NCBI GenBank assembly: GCA_013265495.1
Contig: MU057989.1
Span: forward strand, 124,001 to 188,000
DNA from: Vicugna vicugna
Taxonomy: Eukaryota
DNA: 64,000 nucleotides
Direction of reading: 5' to 3'
The notes under the pieces are model-generated. The model worked only from the letters and a program-made list of their open reading frames with translations. It was not told where the DNA came from and made no database searches. The position numbers were made by a program, and so were the translations under genes. Positions 1 through 13,900 of the stretch are shown piece by piece; the stretch's first letter is position 1; every line of letters starts with the position of its first letter.

Positions 1-559
1 TCAAATCTAAATTTTAGCCCAATGTGAGTACCCATGACTTTACACAGCCTGTGGTCAGCCACAGTTCAAGGTCTTTTGTTGTACTGGAACTTTTCCCATA
101 TCCCTTGAGGTATATGGATACCTTAAGCCTTTTAAACAAATTTTAGTTGAGAAAATTACACTGTCTCCTGACTCAGGTTACCCATGACTCTGGGTACAGT
201 TCCACGGGAATCGTGGGGGCTATTTGCCATGCCAACCTGCGCTGGTCATGGTTGGTCATACCAACCCTCGCTGGTCTGGAGGAGGCCAGGTTTCAGCTTC
301 TGGTCGTCTGAGACTGAGGCGATTGGTGTGTAGGGGTCCCTGCAGCCTCCACTCCTGTCCGTTGCAAGGCAGGGACCGACGGCCAGGTCCTGTAGGAATG
401 TGCGTGCTGGGTGAACAGTGACCGCAACGTTTTGGTGGCCTGAGTTGTCTGAAAGGCCTTCTGTGGAAGGGAGGGCCGGCTTCTCCGCACCCTTACGCCC
501 TGTCGATGGAGGACGCAGGGAGGTTAAGGAATCGAGCCCGCGTTCCTTTGCCCTGGGAC

Positions 560-720
560 CGGAGCACAGCAGCCCCGGAGGCGGGCTACCGGAGGGTGAG
601 CGCCGGGGCCAATCAGCGTGCGAGGGCGGGGTGGCCTGAGGGCGGGGCCTCCCCGTAACCCTTTCCTGCCCGAGCGGCTCTGCCTGCGAAGGCGCAGGCG
701 CTGTCTTACTGCGGTGGCCC
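560..720 (+). promoter_or_regulatory. FLYWCH1: CpG-rich promoter of FLYWCH1 (CCAAT box plus GC boxes)
   Basis: GGCCAATCAG at ~608-617 and GGGCGGGG at ~624 and ~640, in a CpG-dense stretch ~1.3 kb upstream of the FLYWCH1 ATG. Confidence 0.65.
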
Positions 721-1903
721 CCAAGTCCCCTGTACCGCCATGTCGTCCTGTGGAGCGGAATGGGGAGGACCGGGAAGGACCGCACAAGAGGAGCAGAGGT
801 TGGGTTGTCCAGAGGCCGGACCAGGACGAGAAGGATAACGCTGGAAGTGTCCCGTTACCTGAATTTCCATGAGTCTCGCCCCTCAGGACAGGGATTCGCT
901 GCTGCCCGGGGCTGAGCGGGCGTGTAGGGCATGGGTGTTGGGGAGAAGTTGCAGGGGACGTGGCGCCCTTCTGGCCTTCAGCCTTGGCTGTGTGTCTACG
1001 AGGACCTAGGGGCCCCGCGCTTGGACTGACAGACCTTGGGGAGCTGAATGTGGGCCCCAGGCCACAAACTGTCAGAACAGAAGTGAAGGGCGGGGGTATT
1101 GGAAACGCAGAACTTGGGGTAGGGGTGACAGCTCACAGGCTGGAAAACTGAAACGTGAGGAAAGGCCATAGGCTGTTTCTGGGCTATTGCTGAGAGGTGG
1201 GAAAGACCCTGACATGCACCCACCATCCAGTCCCCGAGAAGACAAACCCCACACTGATGCCCCAGGGCCCGGGTCTCCAGGCCATCCCTGCCCCTGGAAT
1301 CCATCCTTTTTGCTTCTCCAGACCAGAAGTCAGGGAGCCTTCAGCGACCACGGATTCCCTGGACACCCCTACAGCCCTGTACCCACTCAGCTGAGGCAGC
1401 GCCAGCACCAACTCGGACAAGGTCGCTGCCCTCATGGGGCCTTGGCATCCCGTGATCCTCTGGCCTGGGATGGGGGCTGGATGTAGTTGTGAATCCAGAG
1501 AGTCCCGCCTCCCAGGGCCAGGCTCAGAGTAACTCACAGCTGTCAGTACCTTGGTCACCCCAGCAGCCCCTTGAGAACCCTGTATTTGGCACATTTTACA
1601 GACAGAGAAAGAGGTTTGGTCAGGGAGGTGCCAGACCCAAGGCAGCCAAGAGAGCAGATGCACTGGCCTAGAATTCTCTAGCTCCGTTCAGGTCCTCCCC
1701 CACCTCTCAGCCCCTGGTGCCCTGACCACTACCCTAGATCTATTTTCCTGAACCCAGACGCAAGGGCACCTCCACTGATGGGATTTTCCCTCCTCCCTTA
1801 GGACAGAGCCCCTGGACTGCCAGGTTCCTCGCCGAGGAGGTGGAGGAGAAATCCATCAGCTGGAGCCTGAGCGTGGCCTAAGGGCCAGGCCATCAGTCCC
1901 GGG

Positions 1904-4900
1904 ATGCCCCTGCCTGAGCCCAGTGAACAGGAAGGTGAGAGCGTGAAGGCCGGCCAGGAGCCCTCCCCTGAGTCCCCTGAGATGGGCACAGATGTCGTCC
2001 CCACAGCCCCCACAAAACCCAAGGAGTTCTCCAAATTGGTCTTGCTGGCGGCTTCCACTGAGAACGAGGATGGAGTGGACTCCCAGCCCAAAGGAGTGCA
2101 CTGTGTCTTATCCCTGGAGATGTCTGGCCCTGACACCTTGGCTGGGACCCCTCAGATCCTGCAAGTAGAGGAACAGGGAGGGGCAGTCCAGCCAAGTCCC
2201 CAGGTCGCCGAACAGAAACACAGCAAACCAGACACAGGTGAGTTCCGGGCCGGCTGCTGCTTCCCGGCCACCTTTGTGGTCCTGTGTGCTCAGACTGGGG
2301 TCCTGAGCAACCCCCTTTCCAGCGAGGTGGCCTTGGCCATCCCTTCCCTGCTCTGAGCAGGTCCTCCTTGGCCTTGTCCCAGGCTGGTGTGATGATCATA
2401 AGACATCATCCTGTGTACTCCCAACCCTGTGTTCCCATCCATGCCTTGGGCCTCCAACCTTGTTTTGTGTCAGCTGATCTGGCCCCCCCTTGCCTTCAGC
2501 AGCCCCCAAGCCCCTGGAGTTCCTGAAGACCCCATTTGGTGGCCGACTGCTGGTGCTGGAGTCCTTTCTGTACAAGCAGGAGAAAGCCGTGGGGGACAAG
2601 GTGTACTGGAAATGCCGTGAGCACACCGAGTTGGGCTGCCGGGGCCGGGCCATCACCCGTGGCCCGAGGGCCACCATAATGCGGGGCCACTGCCACCCAC
2701 CCGACGAGGAGGGCCTGGAGGCCCGGCGCCAGAGACAGAAGCTGCCCAGCCCGGCCCTGCCGGATGGCCTGGGGGGTCCCCAGGGCCCTGGCTGCCAAGC
2801 GGAGGAGCCGCTGGAGGGAGTGGGCCCGTGGCTGTGCCCAGAGGAGCCAGAGCCCACCCCGGGGCTGGTGCTGAGCAAGCCAGCCCCTGAGGAGGATGAG
2901 AGGCTCCGAGCCCTGTCACTGCTGAGCTTGCCTCCCAAGAAACGCCCGACGCTGGGGACTGGTGAGTCCCCCCACCCTGGCTCTACTTTCAGGCTGAAGA
3001 GAAATGTGGGGTCTCATGTGATTTTTTAATGTGCTCTCAGAACAGCTTTTAAAAATATAAATGTGTCCCAGTATTAATTAAGGCCATGGGCCAGAACTAG
3101 TGCTCAGAACCAGGAGGCCCAGGCCCCTTTGGAACTTCCTAATGTAGAAACTGGAGTTTTATGAGCCTCAGGTGATTCTGAACCTTAGAATTTTGGGAAG
3201 GTCGGCCTAGTGGGAGACTTGAGCTTTGCCTCTCAGGATCAAGCTCCAGCCCTAGCTCTCATACTGGGCAGCCTCAGAAGGTTTGCTAAAAGTTCTGCAC
3301 TTTCAGGAGATTTCTTCTAAGATGTGTGATAGCCTAACTATTAGGGAGATTGGACAGTGATGTGTGGGAAGTGCTCAGCCGTGGTCCAGCATGTGTTACT
3401 GCTGAGTAACTGGTAGATGGAGTGTCCACAGCAATTTTTATTACCAGTAACTGGGAAGTGGGCTTGGTCCCAAAGGCTAGGTGCCTCCTGACCTGGAAAG
3501 GATTCAGGGATTTAGGGCTTTAAGGCAGCTGCTGTGCTGGGTACCTAGGGTGGGGGGAGGAAGAGGGAAGCTTGGCTTTCCCTGTGTCTCCTTTGGTCCC
3601 ATTTCATTTTATGGCATGTGCATGTGTTATTCAAAAATTAGATAAAATTTTCAAACAAACTAAGAAAAAGTATGGCCAGGAGTGACTGAGCACACAGGCT
3701 GTGGAATCAGAGCTAGTTTGTCCCTTCCCAGTGTGTGACCTTGGACGTGGAGTGGCCTCCTCACAGGCCACCAGGAGAGGAAATGCACTTCCTCCTTGGG
3801 CCTCTAGGTGGGCAGTCAGTGGGGATGCACTGGTCCCCCTCCACCAACACGCAGCTCAGGGGAGCCACGTTAAGTGTCAGCATAAAGGAGCAAAGCCCCA
3901 CCAGCCCGCACCTCCCTGGCCTCCTCCCCGATTCCCTCCCTAGGAGAGTCCAGGCCCCTGGAGTTCCTGAGGACCTGCTATGGGGGCAGCTTCCTAGTGC
4001 ACGAGTCCTTCCTGTACAAGCGGGAGAAGGCTGTGGGGGACAAGGTGTACTGGACGTGCCGGGACCACACACTGCACAGCTGCCGCAGCCGGGCCATCAC
4101 CCAGGGCCAGAGGGTGACCGTGATGCGTGGCCACTGCCACCCGCCCGACGTGGAGGGCCTGGAGGCCCGGCGGCAGCAGGAGAAAGCCATGGAGACCCTG
4201 CAGGCCAGGCCAGGTGGTCCCGGGGGCCAGGTGGACAAGCTGCTCCAAGGTGTGGACAGCCTGCTTTACCGCCGGGGGCCCAGCACCCTGACTCTCACCA
4301 GGCCCCGGCCCAGAAAGCGTCCAAAGGTCAAAGATCAGGGCCTTCTGGCCCAGCCCCAAGACCTGCAGGGAACCCTGGCCGAAGACCAGGACCAGGACGA
4401 GGACCCGGGTGAGTCCCCCACACCTACTGGCCCAGAGCTCTGCCCCTCAAGTCTTGCTCCCTGAGTTCCCAGGAGGTGGGGGTGGGGGGTAACACCAGGC
4501 CTGGGTCAGATCCAGGCCCTGCTCCTGCTCAGGCCCCAAGTTCCTCCTCCCTCCCCCCAGCCACACTCCCATTTCTTCCCAGGAGGCCCAGAGTTCCTGA
4601 AGACCCCTCTAGGGGGCAGCTTCCTGGTGTACGAGTCCTTCCTGTACAGGCGGGAGAAGGCAGCCGGGGAGAAGATGTACTGGACATGCCGGGACCAGGC
4701 CCGCATGGGCTGCCGCAGCCGGGCCATCACCCAGGGCCAGCGGGTAACCGTGATGCGTGGCCACTGCCATCCACCTGACCTGGCAGGCCTAGAGGCCCTG
4801 AGGCAGCGGGAGAAACGCCCTGGTACAGCCCAGCGAGGGAGCCCAGGTAGGCCAGATCGGGTAGGGGCAGGGTACCCAGACTGCCCACCTTTCCCACTTG

Positions 4901-7900
4901 ACCTCCAGCAAGCATCCTCCCCATTCTTACTGGGAACCCTCTGGAAGGGGTTGTAGGTCCGCCTCTCCCTCTTCCCTTTCCCCACCTCCTCCTCCTGGTC
5001 AGTGGGGTGACTGAGGGCATCACCTGTTCAGTCTCTCTCGGAGGGTGGTCCTCACCCTACTGCTCTGACATCTCTGCAGCACCTAATAAACCCTGGCTCC
5101 CCCTCCTTCTTCTTTTTTCTCAAGAATTTGTAAAATTCATAGACAAAACTAATTGTACAACCCGGCTTCTCATTTTTCCAGTGTGAGTGGGTGACACAGT
5201 GCCCAGTGAAAAACACATCCTATAGAAGCAGTTTAAGGGCTGCAAGTGACATTTTCCTGTGATTGACTTCTCTTCTTCAGCTGTTCTCCATAAGCATCTA
5301 CCATGGTCCCTAAGGGCTCTATGAACAGGGTCCCAGCCCCCCTCTTTTTATCTCTGTCGGCTTCACAGTGCCAGTGTTTTGACAATAACAGGCATATTAC
5401 CGCCCTCCTCTTGCTGAGAGCCGCCTCCGCCCTGCCTCTCTACTTGCCCAGCAAAGGCTCACGTCGTCTGAAACATTTGCCTCTTTGCAGATTCCCAGTC
5501 TTATACTTTATTCCTGAGTCATCTGAGTCACCTTCGAGCCTTTTTGGACCTAAAACTCTCAAACTTGAGACCTCTGTTTTTATTTCCTTCTGAATCTCTC
5601 TTTATTTCATTTCCATGTAACTTCTGTGTTCAGGATACGTTGTTTCTTAGGGCATCTGCTGTCCTATTCCCTAAAGCGTGCTTCTACCGCGATCAGTTGG
5701 ATTTTTTTTTTTTTTCAATCTCCAAGTTGCCTGTTGCCTTCTGGCCAGAGAAAAACTCAACCATTACTCGCTGCCCCTTCCACTCCGCGCAGATTTTGCG
5801 CTTTTTTGTCTCCATTTTGTTCTGTCAGTCTGTCCGCGGTGGCGCGGGAACACTCCGCAGCGTCCTGTCCTTCCTCACGCAGCCCTCTGTCTTCTTTGCT
5901 GCCTTATTTGTTGGCCTGGTTTTCTGCGCGTCCGTCGCTTCCCTTCCTTGCAAGCCAGCACACCGCTTGCCCCAGAGGGCTCTGCATTTTGCTCCTGCGC
6001 CGCCTCGCCCCTCTCCACGGGCCCCGGCCCGGCCCCGCCCCCTCACTGGGCCCCGCCCCCATGTCTGGGGTGTCCGTTTGGCTGGACCCTCATGTCTGGA
6101 CCATCTTTATCTCGCCTGGTTTACTCCCTTGTCTTTCCAAGTCCCTCCTCTGGTCGGTTTCCGAGCGATTCTCTGGAGGCTACACCACAGAGACCGTGGA
6201 TCTGAAGCCATCTTGGTGGAGGTGTGGCTGTTCGTGGCTCCGGGTTGCAAATCCTCTTCCGCGGTTGTGTAATCTCTGTGCTCGAATAACCGCAGCTTTC
6301 TGAGGACTGGTCTTACACAGGCGGGGGGCTCTTTGAAGATGTAGGGCCGCGTCTCCAAACCTGGGGTACGTGGTTTTGCTGGGGGCACTTGAGGCCTTTT
6401 CAAGCCAAGAAGTCCTGTTCTTCACTTATGGAAATGTTCTCGTGTTCTTAGATGACTCTCCACTCTCCATTTTGTGTCTTTGTTGGTCAGATGTCGCTCT
6501 TCCTGGCACACCTGTCTGATATTTCCTCGATTTGGCTGTCCAGTCCTTCGATTTAATTTTTAACTTTCGCTCTTGTATTTGAATTCCTTTGCATTCCATC
6601 GACTGGAAGTACAGCGGCCCCACCTTCCAGCCTCTGGCAGCAGCCTTGTTTTCTCCAATTCCTTTTTCTCTGTGGGCTTCTCTGGTCTCGGCCTCTCAGG
6701 GTAAAGCTTCTCTTGACCGTCTGGTGGTCCTTGGCCATCTGCCAGGCTTAAGGTGCGACTGACTGGCTCTGTGTGTGGGCACCCACTCGGCTTACTCACA
6801 GGCCTTAGCTCTGTGGGTCTGCAGGCTGCTCAGTGCCCCAGGATGAACCTCCCGCGAGGGTGGTCTCAGCCTGGCTGCCAGCCTCCAGGGACTTGGGTGG
6901 GGAAACCGGGCGGGACCTGTCAGATTCCAGGTGCAGACTTCCTCCTCCCTCCCACCCGACAAACGCTTCTTCTCCCAAGTGCGGGCACCTATTTTACTGC
7001 TCTTCGTACAGACAACCCTCACCAATCCCCTTGTTTGTGGCCTGCCCGGGACCCCACCCTCAGAGGGACCTTGGGCCTCCCTGGGTTTGGCCACTGGACT
7101 CTGCTTGTCCTCAGTGGCTTCCCTTTCAGGCTAGGCGAGCTTTTGGTTTGCCAGGTCTGTGACCACATGACCCTGTCTTCTGAGCCTCAAACCTAGGTCA
7201 GCATCTCTGCCCTTTGCGTGATCCTCTTCTCTCTGAATCTCTGGCCTTGTGCCCTGTGCCTTTTTCATTCCTCAGTGGACATTTTCATTGACTGTAGGGG
7301 GAGCAGAAACAGGCCCCTCTACAGCCATTCGCCCCTACCCCGGCCCCAGTTCATCCAGGGCCTTCTCACTCCCCACCCCCGTGGCTGCCACTGCTGCTGC
7401 CTTAGCAGACTCCCCAGTCTGCCTCCACCTCCCCTGTGTAGTCCCTGCACCTGGGCAGAGGGAAGGGGTTCCTCGGAGCAGAAGGGCACTGCCACTTCCC
7501 GGGTCCCTCCTCTCAATATATCAGGCAGCAACCCAGGCCCCTCCCCACCTCCCTCCCCACCTCCCCTCGCTGCCCTAAGGTCAGATCCCCAGCCAGGCTG
7601 GCCCTCTGGGGGAGTCCATTCTTCTGCAGCACAAGGGGCTGTACCCAACTCCTGTTTTGCTCCTGATTGCTTGTCCCACAAAGGGCTGCCACTCATTCTG
7701 CCAACTTAGCAGGGATGAGTGGCCCTTGTGCCATCCCACTACCGGCCCCTTGGATAAGACACCGCCTTCCTGCAGGCACCCAGAGATGGGGGAGATGGAG
7801 CTCTGCCTTCAGGGGCCTCCGCCTCACTAGTCTCCCACCTCCCTTCTCTCCCAGGCTCAGGAAAGGAGCCCCTGGCAGCTCAGGCAAGGCTGGGTTTGGG

Positions 7901-10900
7901 GGAGATGGGTAGGGGCTGTGTCCTGGGCTCCAGGGCTGTCTGGCTGTGAGGAGGTGGATGCAGTGTGGAGTGGGGTCCGTGGGTCTCTCTCCAGGAGCCT
8001 TGCTGATCTTGGCTCTGAGAACAAGGCCCCGACCCTTCCTCACTCCTCAGCTCAGAGGCCTGGCTCCAGGCTCTCCCTCCCCTGACCCCTCTCCCATTTC
8101 TCCCCAGGAGGCCCAGAGTTCCTGAAGACCCCTCTAGGGGGCAGCTTCCTGGTGTACGAGTCCTTCCTGTACAGGCGGGAGAAGGCAGCCGGGGAGAAGG
8201 TGTACTGGACGTGCCGAGACCAGGCCCGCATGGGCTGCCGCAGCCGGGCCATCACCCAGGGCCAGCGGGTGATGGTGATGCGCAGGCACTGCCACCCACC
8301 CGACCTGGGGGGCCTGGAGGCCCTGAGGCAGCGGGAGCAGCTCCCCAGCCCGGCTCAGAGGGAAGGCTCAGGTGCGGCGAGATGGGGCGGGCAGGTGCCA
8401 GATCCCAGTCTCCCTGTCTCCCTGCTGGCCCAGCAGCCCCCTGGGGACAGCCCAGAACACAGGCTGGAGGCAGCCTGCTGGGACAGTCCATCTGTGGCCC
8501 ATGTCCAGTGGGCTTCAGCCACACACGTTGGTCTGTCCTTCTGGGCTGTGAGTTCCCTCAGGGTAGGGACCGCATCTGGGCTTCACACTCATGGTACTGG
8601 TCCTAGTGTGGGATGGGCCGTTGGAGGGAGAAACCCACTCAGACCACTTGAGAAAGGGGGGCTGGGGGCCACAGTGGCATTATTGGCAGCTCCAGGAAGT
8701 GCCTGGCACCCATTTGTGGGGCGATGCTCCTGGACCTCAGAAGCATCTGTCTCTCCTCACCCTCCCCACCCTGCCCCTCAGTGCCTTTTGGCTACCCCTA
8801 TCCCTGCATCTCATGATCCTTCAATTCACATTCTAAAAGTCTAGAAAGGGAGAATTTGATTGGTTACCAGCTGGCCTAGGGGAGGGTGGACAGGCAGTCA
8901 GGAGGCCCCTGCTGCCCTGTCCAGACCAACTGCGGGCCTCCCAGAGCATTCCAGCCCAGCCCCTGCCCTGGGGCGTTTGCCAGCCAGGTCAGAGTTGGAG
9001 TAGGGTCAGAGGAGGCCAGCAGGAAAGCTCAGGGTTTGGGTGGCTGCAGGCCCAGCCTGCCACGTAGCACCAGAGCCCTCAGAAAGGCAGCCAGTCTTCA
9101 CTCCAGGGCATCAGGGCCATGGTGAACTGAGCTTCAGTCCCCAGGGTCCTGCAGAGGTGGGGAGAGGTACCACAGGGCAGGGACAGCATGGGATATGCCA
9201 GGGGGGACAGTGTGGGGGAAGAGGGATACTGCAGTTTCCTGGCTGGGGCTGGCTGGTGGGACAAAGGAAACAGTCTCCATCCCTGGCACTCAGGCACTGT
9301 CCCCTGCCTCCAAGTCCTGGCCTGGGCACCCCACTCATGCATCATGTTCCTTCCAGAAGCCCTCCAGCCTCTGGAGTTCCTGAGGACTTCCCTCGGGGGC
9401 AGGTTCCTGGTGTACGAGTCCTTCCTCTACAGGAAGGAGAAGGCGGCTGGGGAGAAGGTGTACTGGATGTGTCGGGACCAGGCCCGGCTGGGCTGCCGCA
9501 GCCGGGCCATCACCCAGGGCCAGCGGGTGACCGTGATGCGCAGCCACTGCCATTCGCCGGACCTGGCAGGCCTGGAGGCCCTGAGGCAGCGGGAGCGGCT
9601 CCCCAGCCCGGCCCAGCAGGAGGACCCAGGTACGGAAGGGGGTGAGGGGGCAGAGGAGGGGGAGGAAAGAGCCATGGGTATCTTGGTCTCTGCCAGCCCA
9701 GCGTTCAGACACCTCAGGGGACAGGCACATGTGAGGAGCTTGGTTCCCTGGCCTTTCTGCCTTTCCAGAGGCTTTTGCCTCTCCTCTCTGCTGGCTCCTC
9801 CTCCTGAACATAAAAAGACACCTGAATCTGTCCTGGCCTTAAAACAACTCCCATATGAACTGCTGTTTTCTCTCCTCTCTTTTATCCTAAGGGGTCTTAA
9901 CTTTTTACAAATGGTAGTATGTTTTGAAAATCTAATGAAAAAATATAGACTGCCCCAGAAGACTGTACTCACACACACACACAGACACACAAGCGTGTGT
10001 GCATAAAGTTTTGCATATAATTAACCGAATCAGACTGAAAATGGGTTCCCTTCAGATAAACAGAATGTAAAGCCAGTCTTTACAAAGCACTTTGTGTCTC
10101 ATATTAATGTATATCAATATGAAAGGCCACATCTTAGAAGATACTGAAATGAATCCAAGTTGGATAAAACAACCAAAAGAAACTTGATTTCTGCTTAAAA
10201 AAAAAATTCCATGAGAAAACCACTGTTTGGCTTAACCCAGGAGAAACAGCTGTGGCGTGCCTTTGGCAGGGTGAAGGGTGTCCTATCTTTGAGATCTGGT
10301 TGCTTCCCAATCTTTGGTGACAAGGTGAAGACTGCCTCAGGAGCTCCCATGGCTTATTTTACCAGGCATAGGTAGTTTGAGGCATCAGAAAACCAGAATT
10401 CCCAATGTCTCCCTCGGTGGAGTCATTCTGCCTGGTTTTCTTCATCCTCAAGGCCTTGAGGGCATCGTGACAAGGTGTGTGCCTTGGCCTCTGGCAACTT
10501 CAACAAGAAAAGAATTGTTAATGCATATTTTCAATTTGTTTTCCTCAGAAAAGATAAAGCTTCTGCCCGAAGTTCAACTGTGCTGCAAGACTTGTTCTCC
10601 TGAAAGCCAACAGAGTTACGGGTAATTGTATTTGCTGCGTCACAAATTACCACAAAACTTAGTGCCCCAAACTAAGAAATATCTACTATCTCTCACAGTG
10701 TCTGGGGGTCAAGATTTTGGGAATAGTTGGGCTGGGTGGTTCCAGCTAAAGGTCTCTCAGATGGTCGAAGAAAAGATATCAGTGGGGTACAGCCATCTGA
10801 AAGCTTGGGTAGGGCTGGAAGAAACTTCCACAGTGGCCCATTCACTTACATGGCTGTAGCTGGAGGCCTCTGTTCCTCACCATCTATAGGCCTTTCTGTG

Positions 10901-13900
10901 GGCTGCTTGAGTGTCCTCAAACATGACAGCTATCTTCCCCCAAAATGAATGATCCAAGGGAGAGAGCAGAGCAAGAAGGAGGCCACCAGCAATAGCAGAA
11001 TTCATCTGCTTCTCAAGCACATGTGGCAGATTCTCGAGGACAGACCACACGTAGGCCCTAAAATAAGACCTCACAAATTTAAAAGGATTGAAATCATACA
11101 AAGTATGTTGTTTGACCACAGTGGAATGAAATTAGAAGTCAATGACAGAAAGAAATTTGGGAAACTCACAAATATATGGAATATTAAAGAACCCCCTTCT
11201 GAAGATTAGCAGTGACTCAAAGAAATCACAAGGGAAATTAGAAAATACTTTGAAATGAATGAAGTATAGATACAGCACACCAGAACTTATGGGAGGCAGC
11301 TAAGCAGTGCTTAGAGGGAAACTTATAGCTATGAACACTTACATTTAAAAAAGAAGAGGGGGGAGGGTACAGCTCAGTGGTAGTGCGTGTGCTTAGCATG
11401 CACAAGGTCCTGGGTTCAATCCCCAGCACCACCATTAAATAAATAAATAAATAAACACAAACAAACAAACAAACCTAATTACCTGCCCCCCAAAAAGAAA
11501 GTAAAAAATAAATAAAAATAAAAAAGAAGAAAAATCTCAAATCAATAACTTAAACTTACATGTTCTGACACTACAAAAAGAACTAAATAAAGCAAGCAGA
11601 AGGAAGGAAATAATAGATATTAGAATAGAAACTAATGAAATAGAGAATAGAAAAGCAAGAGAGAAAACTAACAAATCCAAAAGTTGGTTCTTTGAAGGGA
11701 TCAACAAAATCAACAAACTTTTATCTAGGCCAAAAAAAAAAAAAAAGATTATAAGGAAATGCCGTGAACAACAGCATGCCAACAAATTGGGTAACTTAGG
11801 TGAAATGAACAAATTCCTAGAAAGACAAGCTACCACACCTGATTCGAGAAGAAACAGAAAATCTGAATAGACTTATAACAAGTATAGAGATTGAGTTAGT
11901 AATGTTAAAACTTCCCAGCAAGAAAAGTTCAGGCCCAGATGACTTCATCGGTGAGCTCTACCATATATTTAAAGATCTTTCACATGCTCTTCCTAAATAC
12001 AGAAGAGGAGGGAACATTCCCCAACTCATCCTGTAAGGCCGGGAGTACCCTGTTACCACAACCAAGCAAAGACAGCACAAGAAAACTATAGAACAATATC
12101 TCTCAGGAATATAGATGCAAAAATTCTCAATAAAATAGCAGCAAACTGAACCCAGCAACATAAAAAAGGATCATACACTGTGACCAAATGGGATTTCAGC
12201 CAGGAATGCAAGATTGCTTTAAAATCTGTAAATCAATATCATATTATGATACTGATGAACTGAATAGACGTCACATAACAGGCCTGCAACCTCTGTCCTT
12301 AGAACAGCCTGCTTACAAGGTTGACCTTTAGCCAGCATCCAGGACTTGGCTGATACTGTCCCCAAATGATAACTGTTGTTCACTCTCACCTGTTTGTACG
12401 AAGAATGTGATTTTTGCTGAACACTTGCTCTTCTTCTGAGATTCTGGAATTTCAGTCACTGCAGCTGGTCACCCAGGTACCATGTGCCTGCATGACTGAC
12501 CCCCAATAAAAACCTTGGACACCTAGTCTCAGGCACGCTTCCGTGGTAGACAACACTTAACACATGTTGTCATAGCAACCAAAGAACAGATACATTGGAC
12601 TTCATCCAAATTTAAAAACTTCACTGCTTCAAATAACACCATCAAGAAAGTGAAGAGACAATCCAAAGAATGAGAGAAAATATGTGCAAATCATGTATCT
12701 GATAAAGGACTTGTATCCACAATATATAAAGAATTCTTATAACTCAACAGTAAAAAGATAAATAACCCAATTAACAAGTGGGCAAAGGATCTGAATAGAC
12801 AGTTTTTACCTCAAAGATTTAATTTCTTCTATGAAGTTCAGAATGTACACATGGCCAGTAAGCACAATTAAAGATGTCCAGCATCATTAGCCTTAGGAAA
12901 TGCAAATCAAAAGTACAATAAGATACCACTTCACACCCACTTAGGATGCATAGAATTAAAAAGACAGACCATCACAAGTGTTGGTAAGGATGTGGAGAAA
13001 CTGGAACCCTCTCACACTCTTAGTGGGAATGTCAAATGGCACAGCCACTTTGGGAAACAGTCTGGCAGTTCCTCAAAGTGTTAAACATAGTGTGTAGGTT
13101 CACCCAGTAATCCCGCTCCTAGGTGCACACCCCAGAGAACTGAAAACACGGGTCCATCAAAATTGTACACCAATGTTCGTATCAACATTATTCATAAGAG
13201 CCAAAAAAGTGAAAACAACCCAAAGTGTCCATCAGTGGTTGAATGAATAAGTAAAACATGGTCCATTCATACAATGAAATATTATTTGGCCATAAAAAGG
13301 AATGGGGAGGAGGATATAGCTCAGAAGTAGAGTGTATGCTTAGCATGCACAAGATCCTGGGTTCAATCCCCAGTCCCTCCATTCAGTCAATCAATCAATC
13401 AATCTAATTACCTCTCCCCTTCAAAAAAATTTTTTTTAATTAAAAAGGAATGAAGCACTGACACATGCTACAACATGGCTGAACTGCAAAAACATGATGC
13501 TCAGTGAAAGAAGCCAGACACAGGAGACCACATACTGTATGATTCCATTTATATGAAATGTCTAGAACAGGCAAATCTAAGGAGATAGAAAATAGATGAG
13601 TGGTTGCCTAGGGTGAGGAATGTTGGGAGGGTAATAGCTAAAGGGTATGGAGTTTCTTTTAGGGATGAAAATGTTCTAAAAATGATGGTGGTCATGAATG
13701 CACAATTCTCTGAATATACTAAAAACCATAGAATTCTACACTTTACATGGGTGAACCCTCCAGCACGTGAATTACAGCTCAATAAAGCTGTTTTTTTTTT
13801 AATGGGAAGATAGCCACAGTGACCTTTATGGCCAATGTCACACCGCATCACTCCTGCTTTTACTCTGTCCCTGAGAAGCCAGTCACCACATCCAGCCCAC

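Larger units (their letters stand above)
10985..13800 (+). mobile_element. Degenerate LINE-1 ORF2/3' fragments, interrupted by two SINEs and an LTR fragment (~12255-12575)
   Basis: ORF2-like text such as KFKRIEIIQSMLFDHSGMKLEVN and aaaagttggttctttgaa. L1 3' UTR motifs end in aataaagctgtttttt at ~13781-13800. Confidence 0.85.

Noticed and set aside
5544..6303. Overlapping 175-242 aa ORFs in a FLYWCH1 intron
   Set aside because: No recognisable domain, non-ATG starts, and open in all three frames as expected for GC-rich, pyrimidine-skewed repeat-derived DNA.
11358..11432. tRNA-like sequence with A and B boxes (also at 13305 and 50955)
   Set aside because: Followed by A-rich tails, and two copies have TSDs. 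These are SINE heads, not tRNA genes.
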